20,000 nucleotides of DNA from an uncultured virus (IMG/VR IMGVR_UViG_3300002835_015924). Taxonomy: Duplodnaviria > Heunggongvirae > Uroviricota > Caudoviricetes. Numbering within the stretch: position 1 is the first letter of the stretch; every line of letters begins with the position of its first letter. Shown here in pieces: positions 9,232-17,098 of this stretch. The stretch lies in IMG/VR virus record IMGVR_UViG_3300002835_015924. One strand, given 5' to 3'. A program made the translations under genes and the position numbers. The notes under the pieces were generated by a model. The model saw only the letters and a program-made list of their open reading frames with translations. It did no database searches and was not told where the DNA came from.

Positions 9232-9887
9232 GTCACAAGTCCTTGAACAATAATGTTCGCTATTCCAGCATTCTTCTTTTCACACACAGATGACAAAGTT
9301 AGCGACCAAAGTCTTTCACACAAGCATCCCCCCTTTCTTACATCATCATAAATTGTTCCATTATAATCTAGCTTGTAATTAAAAGACTCTAAAGTAAGAA
9401 TTAAGTTTTGTGTGTAAATGCGTTTTGCTTTTTCATAAAGTTCAGTTTTGCAAATGAAAGAATTACAATAAAAAATAGAGTTTTCTAAAAATTGTTTTTC
9501 AATTTTTGTTAATTCACAATAATGGTCAATGTATTTTTGAATACCGGGATGCCAATGATTAGCTTGCGCAACCCAATCTTTTCTAGATGAAACAATTGGA
9601 GTTAAATCATAATTTTCATAATCTGCAGCTTGTAATCTTTGAATCAACAAATCATTATTAGCCAGTCCAAATTTTTGTGCAAAACTTGCAGACACAAAAC
9701 CGACATAATCAGTATTTGTGCTTAAATCTGAAAAATGCGACCGGTATTCTTGCAGAAAAGGCCATGCCGTTTTAAGATATGGTGGACAAGGCAATTTTTC
9801 TAAGTTGACAAATTCACCAGGAACGCTTTTTTGATATTCATCAAGAGAATCAACATGCCACAATTTATAGAATTTTATCGAATGCAT
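9228..9887 (-). CDS. Hypothetical glycan-related protein (weak resemblance to DUF4422-type glycosyltransferase-associated domains); start revised to MHSIKF at 9887
   Basis: DYVGF...FYCNSFICK...R-GGCLCERLWS pattern; GTACAAA-N6-ATG box; ATGA coupling to downstream gene. Confidence 0.5.
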   Translation of the reverse strand: MHSIKFYKLWHVDSLDEYQKSVPGEFVNLEKLPCPPYLKTAWPFLQEYRSHFSDLSTNTDYVGFVSASFAQKFGLANNDLLIQRLQAADYENYDLTPIVSSRKDWVAQANHWHPGIQKYIDHYCELTKIEKQFLENSIFYCNSFICKTELYEKAKRIYTQNLILTLESFNYKLDYNGTIYDDVRKGGCLCERLWSLTLSSVCEKKNAGIANIIVQGLVT

Positions 9888-9921
9888 GGATTTTTTGTAC
9901 CGTAAAACGTACAATTGTGTT
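9888..9921. promoter_or_regulatory. Bidirectional pair of -10 boxes (GTACAAT-N6-GTG +; GTACAAA-N6-ATG -)
   Basis: G at 9909 (+) and 9900 (-). Confidence 0.7.
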
Positions 9922-10854
9922 GTGAGAAATTTTAAAAAAATATTAGTTACTGGCGGCGCCGGTTTTATAGGAAGTTATTTTGTAGATTTATGTTTAGAAA
10001 AAAATATATCTGTGGTAAATATAGATGCTCTTAAAACAGGAAGCATGCTTGAACATGGCCCAGTCAAACAACATGAATTTTATCATTTTCTGCCTTTTGA
10101 TATTTCAAACCCATCTTTAATCATACCAGATGACATAGATTGTATAGTTCATTTTGCTGCTGAAACTCATGTAGATAGAAGTGTGAGTGACCCCTTTTCT
10201 TTTGTTCAATCTAATGTTATTGGCACCTATAATTTATTAAATAAATGCATAAATAAAGATATTTGGTTTCATTTAATTTCCACTGATGAAGTATACGGGG
10301 ATGTAATTCACAAAGATCAACCCTCTAAAGAAACTGATTCAATCCATTCATCCTCTCCATATTCAGCTACAAAAGCAGCTTCAGAACAATTGGTAATTTC
10401 ATACGGAAGAACATATGGCTTAAATTTCACAATAAGCAGAGGATGCAACACAGTGGGAGGAAGACAAAATTCAGAAAAACTTTTACCCAAGTTCTTGCAT
10501 AATGCTCAAAACGGAATTCCTTTGCCTGTGTATGGAGATGGTTCTGCAATCAGGCAGTATATTCATGCGGAGGATCATGTAAGTGCTGTTTACAAAATTC
10601 TTACACAAGCAGAATCTAATTCCATTTGGAATGTTTGCGCTGATTTAAGTTATTCAATCAATGATATTGTAGAAATATTAAAAAATAAATTTCCTGATTT
10701 AACAATTACTGATAGAGAAAATCGCCCTGGCCATGATTTAAAATATAATATTGATAACACAAAACTGAAATCTGTTTTGTGTTGGTCTCCTGTTTACCAA
10801 GGCAAAAACATCATTTTGAAATCCATAGATGAATTAGCTAAAAAAAACGTATAA
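9922..10854 (+). CDS. rmlB: dTDP-glucose 4,6-dehydratase (start revised to GTG at 9922)
   Basis: GGAGFIG, HFAAETHVDRS, ISTDEVYG, SPYSATKA, RPGHD; GTACAAT-N6-GTG box. Confidence 0.92.
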   Translation: MRNFKKILVTGGAGFIGSYFVDLCLEKNISVVNIDALKTGSMLEHGPVKQHEFYHFLPFDISNPSLIIPDDIDCIVHFAAETHVDRSVSDPFSFVQSNVIGTYNLLNKCINKDIWFHLISTDEVYGDVIHKDQPSKETDSIHSSSPYSATKAASEQLVISYGRTYGLNFTISRGCNTVGGRQNSEKLLPKFLHNAQNGIPLPVYGDGSAIRQYIHAEDHVSAVYKILTQAESNSIWNVCADLSYSINDIVEILKNKFPDLTITDRENRPGHDLKYNIDNTKLKSVLCWSPVYQGKNIILKSIDELAKKNV

Positions 10855-10891
10855 TATAAATATAAAATGAATTTAAAGGAGATTGGCGAAT

Positions 10892-11098
10892 ATGCAAAAA
10901 GAATTTACAGGCTTGGAGTTAGGGCTTATGGTTAAGAATAAGAAAACATTAAAAAATTGGATGGTGACAGAACTTATTACATCATATTCATCCATTGCCA
11001 AGCAGTCTCCCGATGAATTTAAGGTAAGATTGTCAAACGGAATGGGCAAATATGTAATTGTCCCAATAGATAAATTGAACAAAAATTACGAGTGGTAA
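10892..11098 (+). CDS. Small hypothetical protein (about 68 aa)
   Basis: ORF filling the gap between rmlB and ahcY; AAGGAG SD at 10876-10881; GTATAAT at 10849-10855; start could be TTG 10883. Confidence 0.6.
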   Translation: MQKEFTGLELGLMVKNKKTLKNWMVTELITSYSSIAKQSPDEFKVRLSNGMGKYVIVPIDKLNKNYEW

Positions 11099-11100
11099 AT

Positions 11101-12336
11101 ATGTCATTAGCAGATAAAGGTAGACAAAGAATTGAATGGGCATCACGAGAAATGCCTGTTCTTAATTTAATTAAGCAACGTTTCTCGCACACCAAGCCTT
11201 TTGCAGGCAAACGAGTGGCAGCATGTATGCATATAACCACAGAAACTGCAAACTTAGCATTAACACTAGCAGAAGGTGGGGCATTTGTGTGTTTATGTGC
11301 TTCAAATCCACTGTCCACACAAGATGACGTAGTTCACGCTTTGAACTCTTCTCCAAATATTAAAGTTTTTGCAAAACATGGTGACGATCACGATACATAT
11401 TATTTGCATATTAAGGCTGCTCTAAGTTGTAAACCCCATTTAGTTATGGATGATGGCTGCGATCTTGTGAATTATCTTTACACTAAAGAACCTATGTTAC
11501 TTGAAAATGTTATTGGGGGGACAGAAGAAACAACCACAGGTGTGCAAAGACTTAAGGCTATGCAACGTGATGGATTATTGAAATACCCAATAGTTTGTGT
11601 AAATGATGCTTTAACAAAACATATGTTTGATAATCAATACGGCACTGGTCAATCTACGTTAGATGGTATTATTAGGGCTACAAATATTCTGATAGCAGGC
11701 AAGATTGTTGTTGTGGCAGGATATGGTTGGTGCGGAAAAGGTTTAGCATTCAAAGCTAGGGGCATGGGAGCCAGAGTAGTAGTTACTGAAGTAGACCCTA
11801 TCAAAGCTTTACAGGCACACATGGATGGTTTTGATGTTGATTCTATGCACAACGCAGGTTTGTATGGGGATATTTTTATCACAGTAACAGGAAATAAAAA
11901 TGTTATAAACGAATCGCATTTTAGCTCTATGAAAGACGGCGCAATACTTTGTAATTCTGGGCATTTTGATTCAGAAATAGACATTAAAAGTTTACAAAAC
12001 TTATCATCAAGTTATAAACCTGTTAAAGATAACATTATTGAATACACAATTCAGGGAATAGATAATCGTAGGCTATATGTTTTAGGCGAGGGAAGATTAG
12101 TTAATTTAGTTTGCGCTGAAGGTCACCCATCTGCTGTAATGGATATGTCTTTTGCGAATCAAGCACTGTGCGCTGAATGGCTTTGCAACAATGAGGCCTC
12201 AAATTGTTTACACTCTGTTCCAGAAGCAATAGATCAAGAAGTGGCAAAGTTAAAACTTGAATCTCTGAAAATCAACATAGATGTTTTAACAGATGAGCAA
12301 ATTCAATATCTAAATTCGTGGCAAGAAGGCACTTAA
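11101..12336 (+). CDS. ahcY: S-adenosyl-L-homocysteine hydrolase (adenosylhomocysteinase), short type
   Basis: EMPVL, ACMHITTET, SNPLSTQD, MDDGCDL, EETTTGV, KHMFDNQYGTGQS, GYGWCGKG, NSGHFD, GRLVNL, GHPSAVMDMSFANQ; ATG at 11101 directly after upstream stop. Confidence 0.97.
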   Translation: MSLADKGRQRIEWASREMPVLNLIKQRFSHTKPFAGKRVAACMHITTETANLALTLAEGGAFVCLCASNPLSTQDDVVHALNSSPNIKVFAKHGDDHDTYYLHIKAALSCKPHLVMDDGCDLVNYLYTKEPMLLENVIGGTEETTTGVQRLKAMQRDGLLKYPIVCVNDALTKHMFDNQYGTGQSTLDGIIRATNILIAGKIVVVAGYGWCGKGLAFKARGMGARVVVTEVDPIKALQAHMDGFDVDSMHNAGLYGDIFITVTGNKNVINESHFSSMKDGAILCNSGHFDSEIDIKSLQNLSSSYKPVKDNIIEYTIQGIDNRRLYVLGEGRLVNLVCAEGHPSAVMDMSFANQALCAEWLCNNEASNCLHSVPEAIDQEVAKLKLESLKINIDVLTDEQIQYLNSWQEGT

Positions 12337-12360
12337 GATTTTCAATAGGAATTAAATATT

Positions 12361-12624
12361 ATGTCAGATTATCCAACAATTATTTTACCAAATTCTGTAG
12401 AAGTACAGCCTGCCATTAACACTGATACATTCAAGGTGTTGCAAGTGGCTGAAAACCCTGATGAAAAATGGCTTAACGCTTATGTTAGCGGTGGCGCTCA
12501 AAATGTTTGGGTATCAGTGTTGACACCAGAAACCTATCATGCTGATTGGAGCGATGAAACCATCTCGGAAGCTGTGATTTTGTGGGCTGAAGCCACTTAT
12601 CCTCCTTCACTTAAAAGAATATGA
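12361..12624 (+). CDS. Hypothetical protein (87 aa, acidic, phage-like)
   Basis: ORF with ATGA coupling to next gene; AGG-N19-GAAT motif upstream. Confidence 0.7.
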   Translation: MSDYPTIILPNSVEVQPAINTDTFKVLQVAENPDEKWLNAYVSGGAQNVWVSVLTPETYHADWSDETISEAVILWAEATYPPSLKRI

Positions 12625-12950
12625 CAAATCTATATTATTTTACTTCAAAAAATTGTTACATTTATTGTTTTGCTCACACTATCGAAGAGGCAATTAAGTT
12701 TATTAAAGCAAATTGTCCCACGTATAATCGTTTATATTCTTATAATGTAAAACTAGTAGAAGATGAAGTTTTGCAAGAGGATGGCGTGGAAATTTTAAGA
12801 AAAAACAATTTTGTTGGTATTCCTGAAGTAAAACATTTCATGTTAAATGGCTCAGTATCTGCTCAGCAAAATCATTTTGACACAAAACAGAGGTCTGCAA
12901 GACTTTGGTGCTCCAAAGAAGTGCCAGAAACCACGCAACTTTGGAAGTAA
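12621..12950 (+). CDS. Hypothetical protein
   Basis: 109-aa ORF, ATGA-coupled, no recognisable motif. Confidence 0.65.
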   Translation: MTNLYYFTSKNCYIYCFAHTIEEAIKFIKANCPTYNRLYSYNVKLVEDEVLQEDGVEILRKNNFVGIPEVKHFMLNGSVSAQQNHFDTKQRSARLWCSKEVPETTQLWK

Positions 12951-12979
12951 AAAAAACGTAAATTCAAATAGGATATTTT

Positions 12980-13408
12980 ATGGATGAAAATTTAAGAAAT
13001 AATTTAGGCGAGCTTTTTCCGGAACTGGTTTTTTTTGATGACCCAGTGAAAGATTCTTCGATTGTTGGGTTAGGTTTACTTAATGATAATGGGCCAGCAT
13101 GGTGTGTTGTTTACGATGAAAACTTAGTTATTAATGATTTATTGTCTGAGTTTGGTGATGAACAGGATGCTATCGATTGGTACAGCTATAACACTGCTGG
13201 CACATACTGCGGCGAAACCACTCCAATATTCATTCATGAAAATGATTACAATGATTTTCCAGCCTCAAGAATAGGAAGGGAATTTTTAAGCTTTTATCGT
13301 TTGCATGATATCAAAGACTACGAACAGGCTTTACATCTTGTTTCAAATGAAAATTTCTTTGTGTTTGTTGGCTTGAATCAATTAGATGAAATCAGAGATA
13401 TAGTTTAA
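12980..13408 (+). CDS. Conserved phage-type hypothetical protein
   Basis: DSSIVG...VVYD...DAIDWYSYNTAGTYCGETTPIFI pattern recalled from a widespread small phage protein family; AGGA SD upstream. Confidence 0.7.
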   Translation: MDENLRNNLGELFPELVFFDDPVKDSSIVGLGLLNDNGPAWCVVYDENLVINDLLSEFGDEQDAIDWYSYNTAGTYCGETTPIFIHENDYNDFPASRIGREFLSFYRLHDIKDYEQALHLVSNENFFVFVGLNQLDEIRDIV

Positions 13409-13734
13409 TGCGGTATAGATGGATTATATATTATGATGGCGCTTGTCCTTTGTGTGAAAATGCGGCTTCTACCTTGAAACTTTTAATTTGGAATTACATA
13501 AAACTGACATTTGTTGATTTGAACGGTGAAATAGCAAAAGCTAAAGGATACAGCAACAAGCAGGTAGTTTTAGAAACTTCACAAGGTGTGTATTTTGGTA
13601 TGCAAGCATGGCTAAAAATACTAGAACACACCAAGTACAGTTGGGCAACACATATATTATTGAGGCCTTTGTTTTGTGTGCTTTATTTCATTGTTTCTAG
13701 AAATCGAAAACTTTTAAGTAAAATATTTTCTTAA
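13408..13734 (+). CDS. DCC1-like (DUF393) thiol-disulfide oxidoreductase family protein
   Basis: N-terminal YYDGACPLC (DxxCxxC) and C-terminal LYFIVSRNR. Confidence 0.8.
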   Translation: MRYRWIIYYDGACPLCENAASTLKLLIWNYIKLTFVDLNGEIAKAKGYSNKQVVLETSQGVYFGMQAWLKILEHTKYSWATHILLRPLFCVLYFIVSRNRKLLSKIFS

Positions 13735-14132
13735 TCTTCTAAGGCTGCTTTAAGTATTTGAGCTAAGTCCATCACAGCTTGTTGATCGTCGCCTTCGTTT
13801 TCATTAGTTATTGTTTCAATAACATCCTGAAATTCAGGAGAATTAACGATTTCAGCGGCAATTTCAGAAGCCTGTTCGTCAATATCTTGTTCAGGCATAT
13901 CTCCAGACATATCTTCAGGCTCAGAAAAATCTGACTCTTCCATAACTGGATTTTCAATTGGTGGGAACAGTTTTGTGTCAACAGTAGTCACATCTGTGTC
14001 TGGAGCAATTTCATCAGCAGCATCACCGATAACATCAGTTAACTTCTGTGATACTTCTGGGTTATCATTTTCTAATTCTTCGGCCATTTGCGAAAGTCTT
14101 ATTAAATTTTTAAGCAATTTAATTTTATCCAT
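13731..14132 (-). CDS. Acidic hypothetical protein with N-terminal LIRLSQMAEELE motif
   Basis: 133-aa D/E-rich ORF; promoter motifs upstream. Confidence 0.75.
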   Translation of the reverse strand: MDKIKLLKNLIRLSQMAEELENDNPEVSQKLTDVIGDAADEIAPDTDVTTVDTKLFPPIENPVMEESDFSEPEDMSGDMPEQDIDEQASEIAAEIVNSPEFQDVIETITNENEGDDQQAVMDLAQILKAALED

Positions 14133-14165
14133 TAATTACTTTTTACACATTACTTAACAACAATC

Positions 14166-14330
14166 CTTTATCTGATTTTACGTGAACTACCGCTAGGCTA
14201 AAGACCCAGCGGCTTCCTGCTTCATAGATTCCGATTTGCGGCCCGTGAGGGCCGTAGGGATCAGATTCTCCACAGGCGTGAATTCGGTATGTTCCGTACC
14301 TATAAGATTTTTTCCGAATAATATCATCAT
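14166..14330 (-). ncRNA. Predicted TnpB omegaRNA/reRNA (scaffold overlapping tnpB 3' end to 14182; guide approx. 14181-14166)
   Basis: Established architecture of IS605 TnpB; GC-rich hairpins CGGCCC-GTGA-GGGCCG (14239-14254) and the RE hairpin (14190-14212). 5' boundary is approximate. Confidence 0.65.
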
Positions 14331-15491
14331 GTTAGCTGAGTGAACATCTCGATCACAACTATAACCACAAGCACATTCATAAATACGCTGACTCAGATTG
14401 TGTTTGTTCTTGCATCCGCAAATGCAAGTCTGTGTAGTTGGAATGAATTGATCTAACATAGTTGCTCTTTCACAGCTCTTTAGTTTCATTTTCACTCTTC
14501 CCAACACAGAATGTTGTATCTTCTTACTTCCTCTGGCTAATGATTTTTTATTCTTCCATCCTTTGATGTTTTCGTCTTGAAAATAAATATGTTCAGATTG
14601 TTTCAATTCTGACACAATCTTATTAGCAATATCATTTTTAACATTACTAATCTGTTGATATTCTTTTCTGATTTTCTTGATTGTTTTATTTCTGTTGTTA
14701 GAACTTTTTTTTCTTCTAGATAATTCTCTTTGAAGAGTTTTTAGTCGTTCAGTTTCTTCAACATAAACATTGATTTTCTTTCCATTTGATAAAGTTATAT
14801 TATTCTTAATGCCCATGTCCAGTCCTATACTGGTTCCTGGTTCATACTGATCTTTCACTTTGCTTTTATGTACATATGTCGTGATAGCTACATAATATCC
14901 ATCCGGTCTGCTAATCAGTTTTGCATTAGCACAATCACAATCTGGATCAAGCTGGTGTGATCCTTTAACTCTAACATCCCCTGAAACTCCTTGTATTTTC
15001 ATTTTTGTTTCAGATTTAATTTTGTATGTAGCTCCAAATTGTTTTAGATTAATTGAATTCACTTCAGATGTGAATTTTAGACTTCCTATTTTCTTTCCTT
15101 TCTCTCTAATTCTTGCAAGAACCCTGATATTGTCTTTCACTTCATCTATTACAGACTGGGTTTGCTGTGCTGAGATGAATTTCTTTTCTCTTAATTCAAG
15201 ATTTCCATCTTTATTCATCACTTGAATGAAATCACCACATTTATAATCAAAAATGGGATTATCTTTTCCGAAAGCAATCATTTCATTTCTAATCCATTTA
15301 GCTTCAACAAAAAGCATTTTTAGTTGTTCTTTTTGCCTTTGATTAAGTTTATTAGATTGTATTTTAACTGTTATAACTTTACAAGATTGGGTTTTTCGTT
15401 TTTCCTTAGTTTCAGACATGCTCATGCTAATCAGCATGTTCCGCTCGGAACGTGCTGATTGATCCATATTAGATCTTCTGTGATGAGGCAT
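14193..15491 (-). CDS. tnpB: TnpB RNA-guided endonuclease
   Basis: RuvC-I GLDMGIK, RuvC-II region IYFQDEN, Zn finger CICG...CACG, RuvC-III DRDVHSA; C-terminal tail overlapping right end. Confidence 0.93.
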   Translation of the reverse strand: MPHHRRSNMDQSARSERNMLISMSMSETKEKRKTQSCKVITVKIQSNKLNQRQKEQLKMLFVEAKWIRNEMIAFGKDNPIFDYKCGDFIQVMNKDGNLELREKKFISAQQTQSVIDEVKDNIRVLARIREKGKKIGSLKFTSEVNSINLKQFGATYKIKSETKMKIQGVSGDVRVKGSHQLDPDCDCANAKLISRPDGYYVAITTYVHKSKVKDQYEPGTSIGLDMGIKNNITLSNGKKINVYVEETERLKTLQRELSRRKKSSNNRNKTIKKIRKEYQQISNVKNDIANKIVSELKQSEHIYFQDENIKGWKNKKSLARGSKKIQHSVLGRVKMKLKSCERATMLDQFIPTTQTCICGCKNKHNLSQRIYECACGYSCDRDVHSANMMILFGKNLIGTEHTEFTPVENLIPTALTGRKSESMKQEAAGSLA

Positions 15492-15532
15492 AATGCAGGA
15501 TTCTTATCTAACTATAACTAAACCTTCTTTAT
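15492..15532. promoter_or_regulatory. Overlapping face-to-face AGG-N19-NAAW motifs serving tnpA and tnpB
   Basis: CAGGATT (AGG 15497-15499, -36 of tnpA ATG) and AAGGTTT (AGG 15525-15523, -34 of tnpB ATG). Confidence 0.5.
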
Positions 15533-15955
15533 ATGAAAAATATAGTAAATAAAAAATATAAATCAAATTGTCATCAAAAATACAGAACTAGATACCATTT
15601 TATTTTTTCGACTAAATATAGAAAGAAATGTCTAAAAGGTATTGAAGCAGAGACTGAATTAGCCTTTAGATATAGCGAATCAATATCTGATTACAAAATA
15701 CTTTATTTTGGAATAGATAAAGACCATGTACATTTATTAGTAGAATTTAAACCTAGTTTATCGATAGGGCAAGTTGTTAATAGAATGAAATCTATAACTA
15801 CAAACGAGCTTTGGAAAAATAAATCTGAACATTTGTCAAAATTTTATTGGAAAAATAAGAAATTATTATGGACTCATGGATATTTTGCTGAAACAACAGG
15901 CAATGTTAGCGAAGCTAACATTGCTGAATACATTCTTGAACAAGGTCTTAAATAG
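15533..15955 (+). CDS. tnpA: IS200-type Y1 (HUH) transposase
   Basis: YHFIFSTKYRK, DKDHVHLLV (HUH), LWTHGYF, EYILEQ (catalytic Tyr). Confidence 0.95.
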   Translation: MKNIVNKKYKSNCHQKYRTRYHFIFSTKYRKKCLKGIEAETELAFRYSESISDYKILYFGIDKDHVHLLVEFKPSLSIGQVVNRMKSITTNELWKNKSEHLSKFYWKNKKLLWTHGYFAETTGNVSEANIAEYILEQGLK

Positions 15956-16019
15956 AAATTCACATGACGATGCTAAAGACATCGCATCTATCTTTCTATT
16001 TTTTTCGTATAATACTAAT

Positions 16020-16562
16020 ATGACTATCATATCTTGTTCTTATAAAAAACGTGTTGGAAAAGATACATTTTGTCGAATTGTGCAAGAGCTTTTTCCTGAT
16101 AAAAAAGTAATTAGAGTGGCTTTTGCAGACGAGCTTAAAGAAGAATTGGACACCATTTTATTAAAGCCAAATGGAATATCTAGAAGAATTTTTGAAGACC
16201 CAAAAGTCAAAGAAATTGCTAGACCTCTGCTACAGGGCTGGGGAACAATTCGTAGAGAATTTTGTGACATCAATTATTGGGTAAAAAGGGCTTTTTGGAA
16301 GATGAACGATCCAAATGCAATTTACATTATTACTGATGCCAGATACTTGAATGAAATTGAATTTATTAATTCGCAAAATGGTCACACAGTTCACATCAAA
16401 CGTAATCTAGATGTAGATTCTTTGTCAGAACATTCTTCAGAAACTGAATTAGACAATTATCATCATTTGTTCAAATACACCATTGAAAATTATGGTACAG
16501 AAGCTCAATTTAAAGAAAAAATCAAAGATTTAATGGACAAGATTTTTGCTGAAGCCGCTTAA
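16020..16562 (+). CDS. Deoxynucleoside monophosphate kinase (phage T4 gp1-like); start revised to ATG 16020
   Basis: KKRVGKDT P-loop variant, AFADELK, RPLLQGWGT, ITDARYLNE, HSSETELD; the longer ORF-track extension lies inside the IS left end. Confidence 0.85.
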   Translation: MTIISCSYKKRVGKDTFCRIVQELFPDKKVIRVAFADELKEELDTILLKPNGISRRIFEDPKVKEIARPLLQGWGTIRREFCDINYWVKRAFWKMNDPNAIYIITDARYLNEIEFINSQNGHTVHIKRNLDVDSLSEHSSETELDNYHHLFKYTIENYGTEAQFKEKIKDLMDKIFAEAA

Positions 16563-17098
16563 TTGGCTTCAGCTTTTTTCTCAAGTTCTAACACAAGTTT
16601 TTTAAGTTCGCTCAAGTCTTCTGTCACAAACAAATTGAAGATAGGTATTTTTTTATTCTGAGCTATTCTTAATGCTTGCCCAGTGCCCCCTTTCCAATTG
16701 CCAGAGGCATCTACTTCACAATAACAAACAATGAAATTAGATTTTGTTTGGCAATTTTCTCCAAGCACTTGATAGCTGTTTCTAGCCATAAGTTTTTGCA
16801 CACCATCACTTGTTTCAAAAAGATTGGGGTGAAATTGAAAAGCGATCTCAAATGCTTTTGCGCATTGTGTGTATAGCAAAGAAGGATGATTATTAAAGCC
16901 TTTCCACGGAAGATAAATTTCTTTTTTGCCATTTTGTGAATCACAGCCTTTTTCAAAAGCTTTGTCTGCTCCATCTGCCGCGCCAGATCTCAACACAAAA
17001 CCTTTTTTTGCTAAGACAGCCCCAATTTTTTCCATAATTTTTAGAATATTTTCAGGTGTAGAGCGAGAACCAATTCCTGCGTAGTAAATTACATCCAA
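16559..17098 (-). CDS. SLOG-superfamily (DprA/Smf-like Rossmann) protein, phage type
   Basis: YAGIGSRSTP, LRSGAADGADKAFE, IYLPW, ARNSYQVLG, GGTGQALRIA. Confidence 0.8.
   Translation of the reverse strand: MDVIYYAGIGSRSTPENILKIMEKIGAVLAKKGFVLRSGAADGADKAFEKGCDSQNGKKEIYLPWKGFNNHPSLLYTQCAKAFEIAFQFHPNLFETSDGVQKLMARNSYQVLGENCQTKSNFIVCYCEVDASGNWKGGTGQALRIAQNKKIPIFNLFVTEDLSELKKLVLELEKKAEAN

Larger units (their letters stand above)
14182..16006 (-). mobile_element. Complete IS200/IS605-family element, IS605-type (divergent tnpA and tnpB), 1825 bp
   Basis: Two subterminal hairpins sharing the TCTTTAG loop (14190-14212 and 15963/15968-15987); right end ...TAGTTCAC at 14182; left-end target tetranucleotide ATAC at 16010-16007; guide/cleavage spacing the same as IS608; no TSD or TIR as expected. 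Confidence 0.93.

Noticed and set aside
10867..10935. 22-aa ORF MNLKEIGEYAKRIYRLGVRAYG after a GTATAAT box
   Set aside because: ATG is 11 nt from the box rather than 6 and it overlaps the SD-supported ORF at 10892; unsupported
10855..11100. SAH/SAM riboswitch upstream of ahcY
   Set aside because: Region is occupied by an ORF and no GC-rich riboswitch-like structure is visible
15876..16019. 48-aa N-terminal extension of the dNMP kinase in the ORF track, suggesting a tnpA overlap or fusion
   Set aside because: It lies within tnpA and the IS left end; the kinase fold starts at ATG 16020, which has the GTATAAT-N6 box
14100..16100. CRISPR array / Cas12f interpretation of the RuvC protein
   Set aside because: No direct repeat-spacer array seen; tnpA and IS hairpin ends explain it as TnpB
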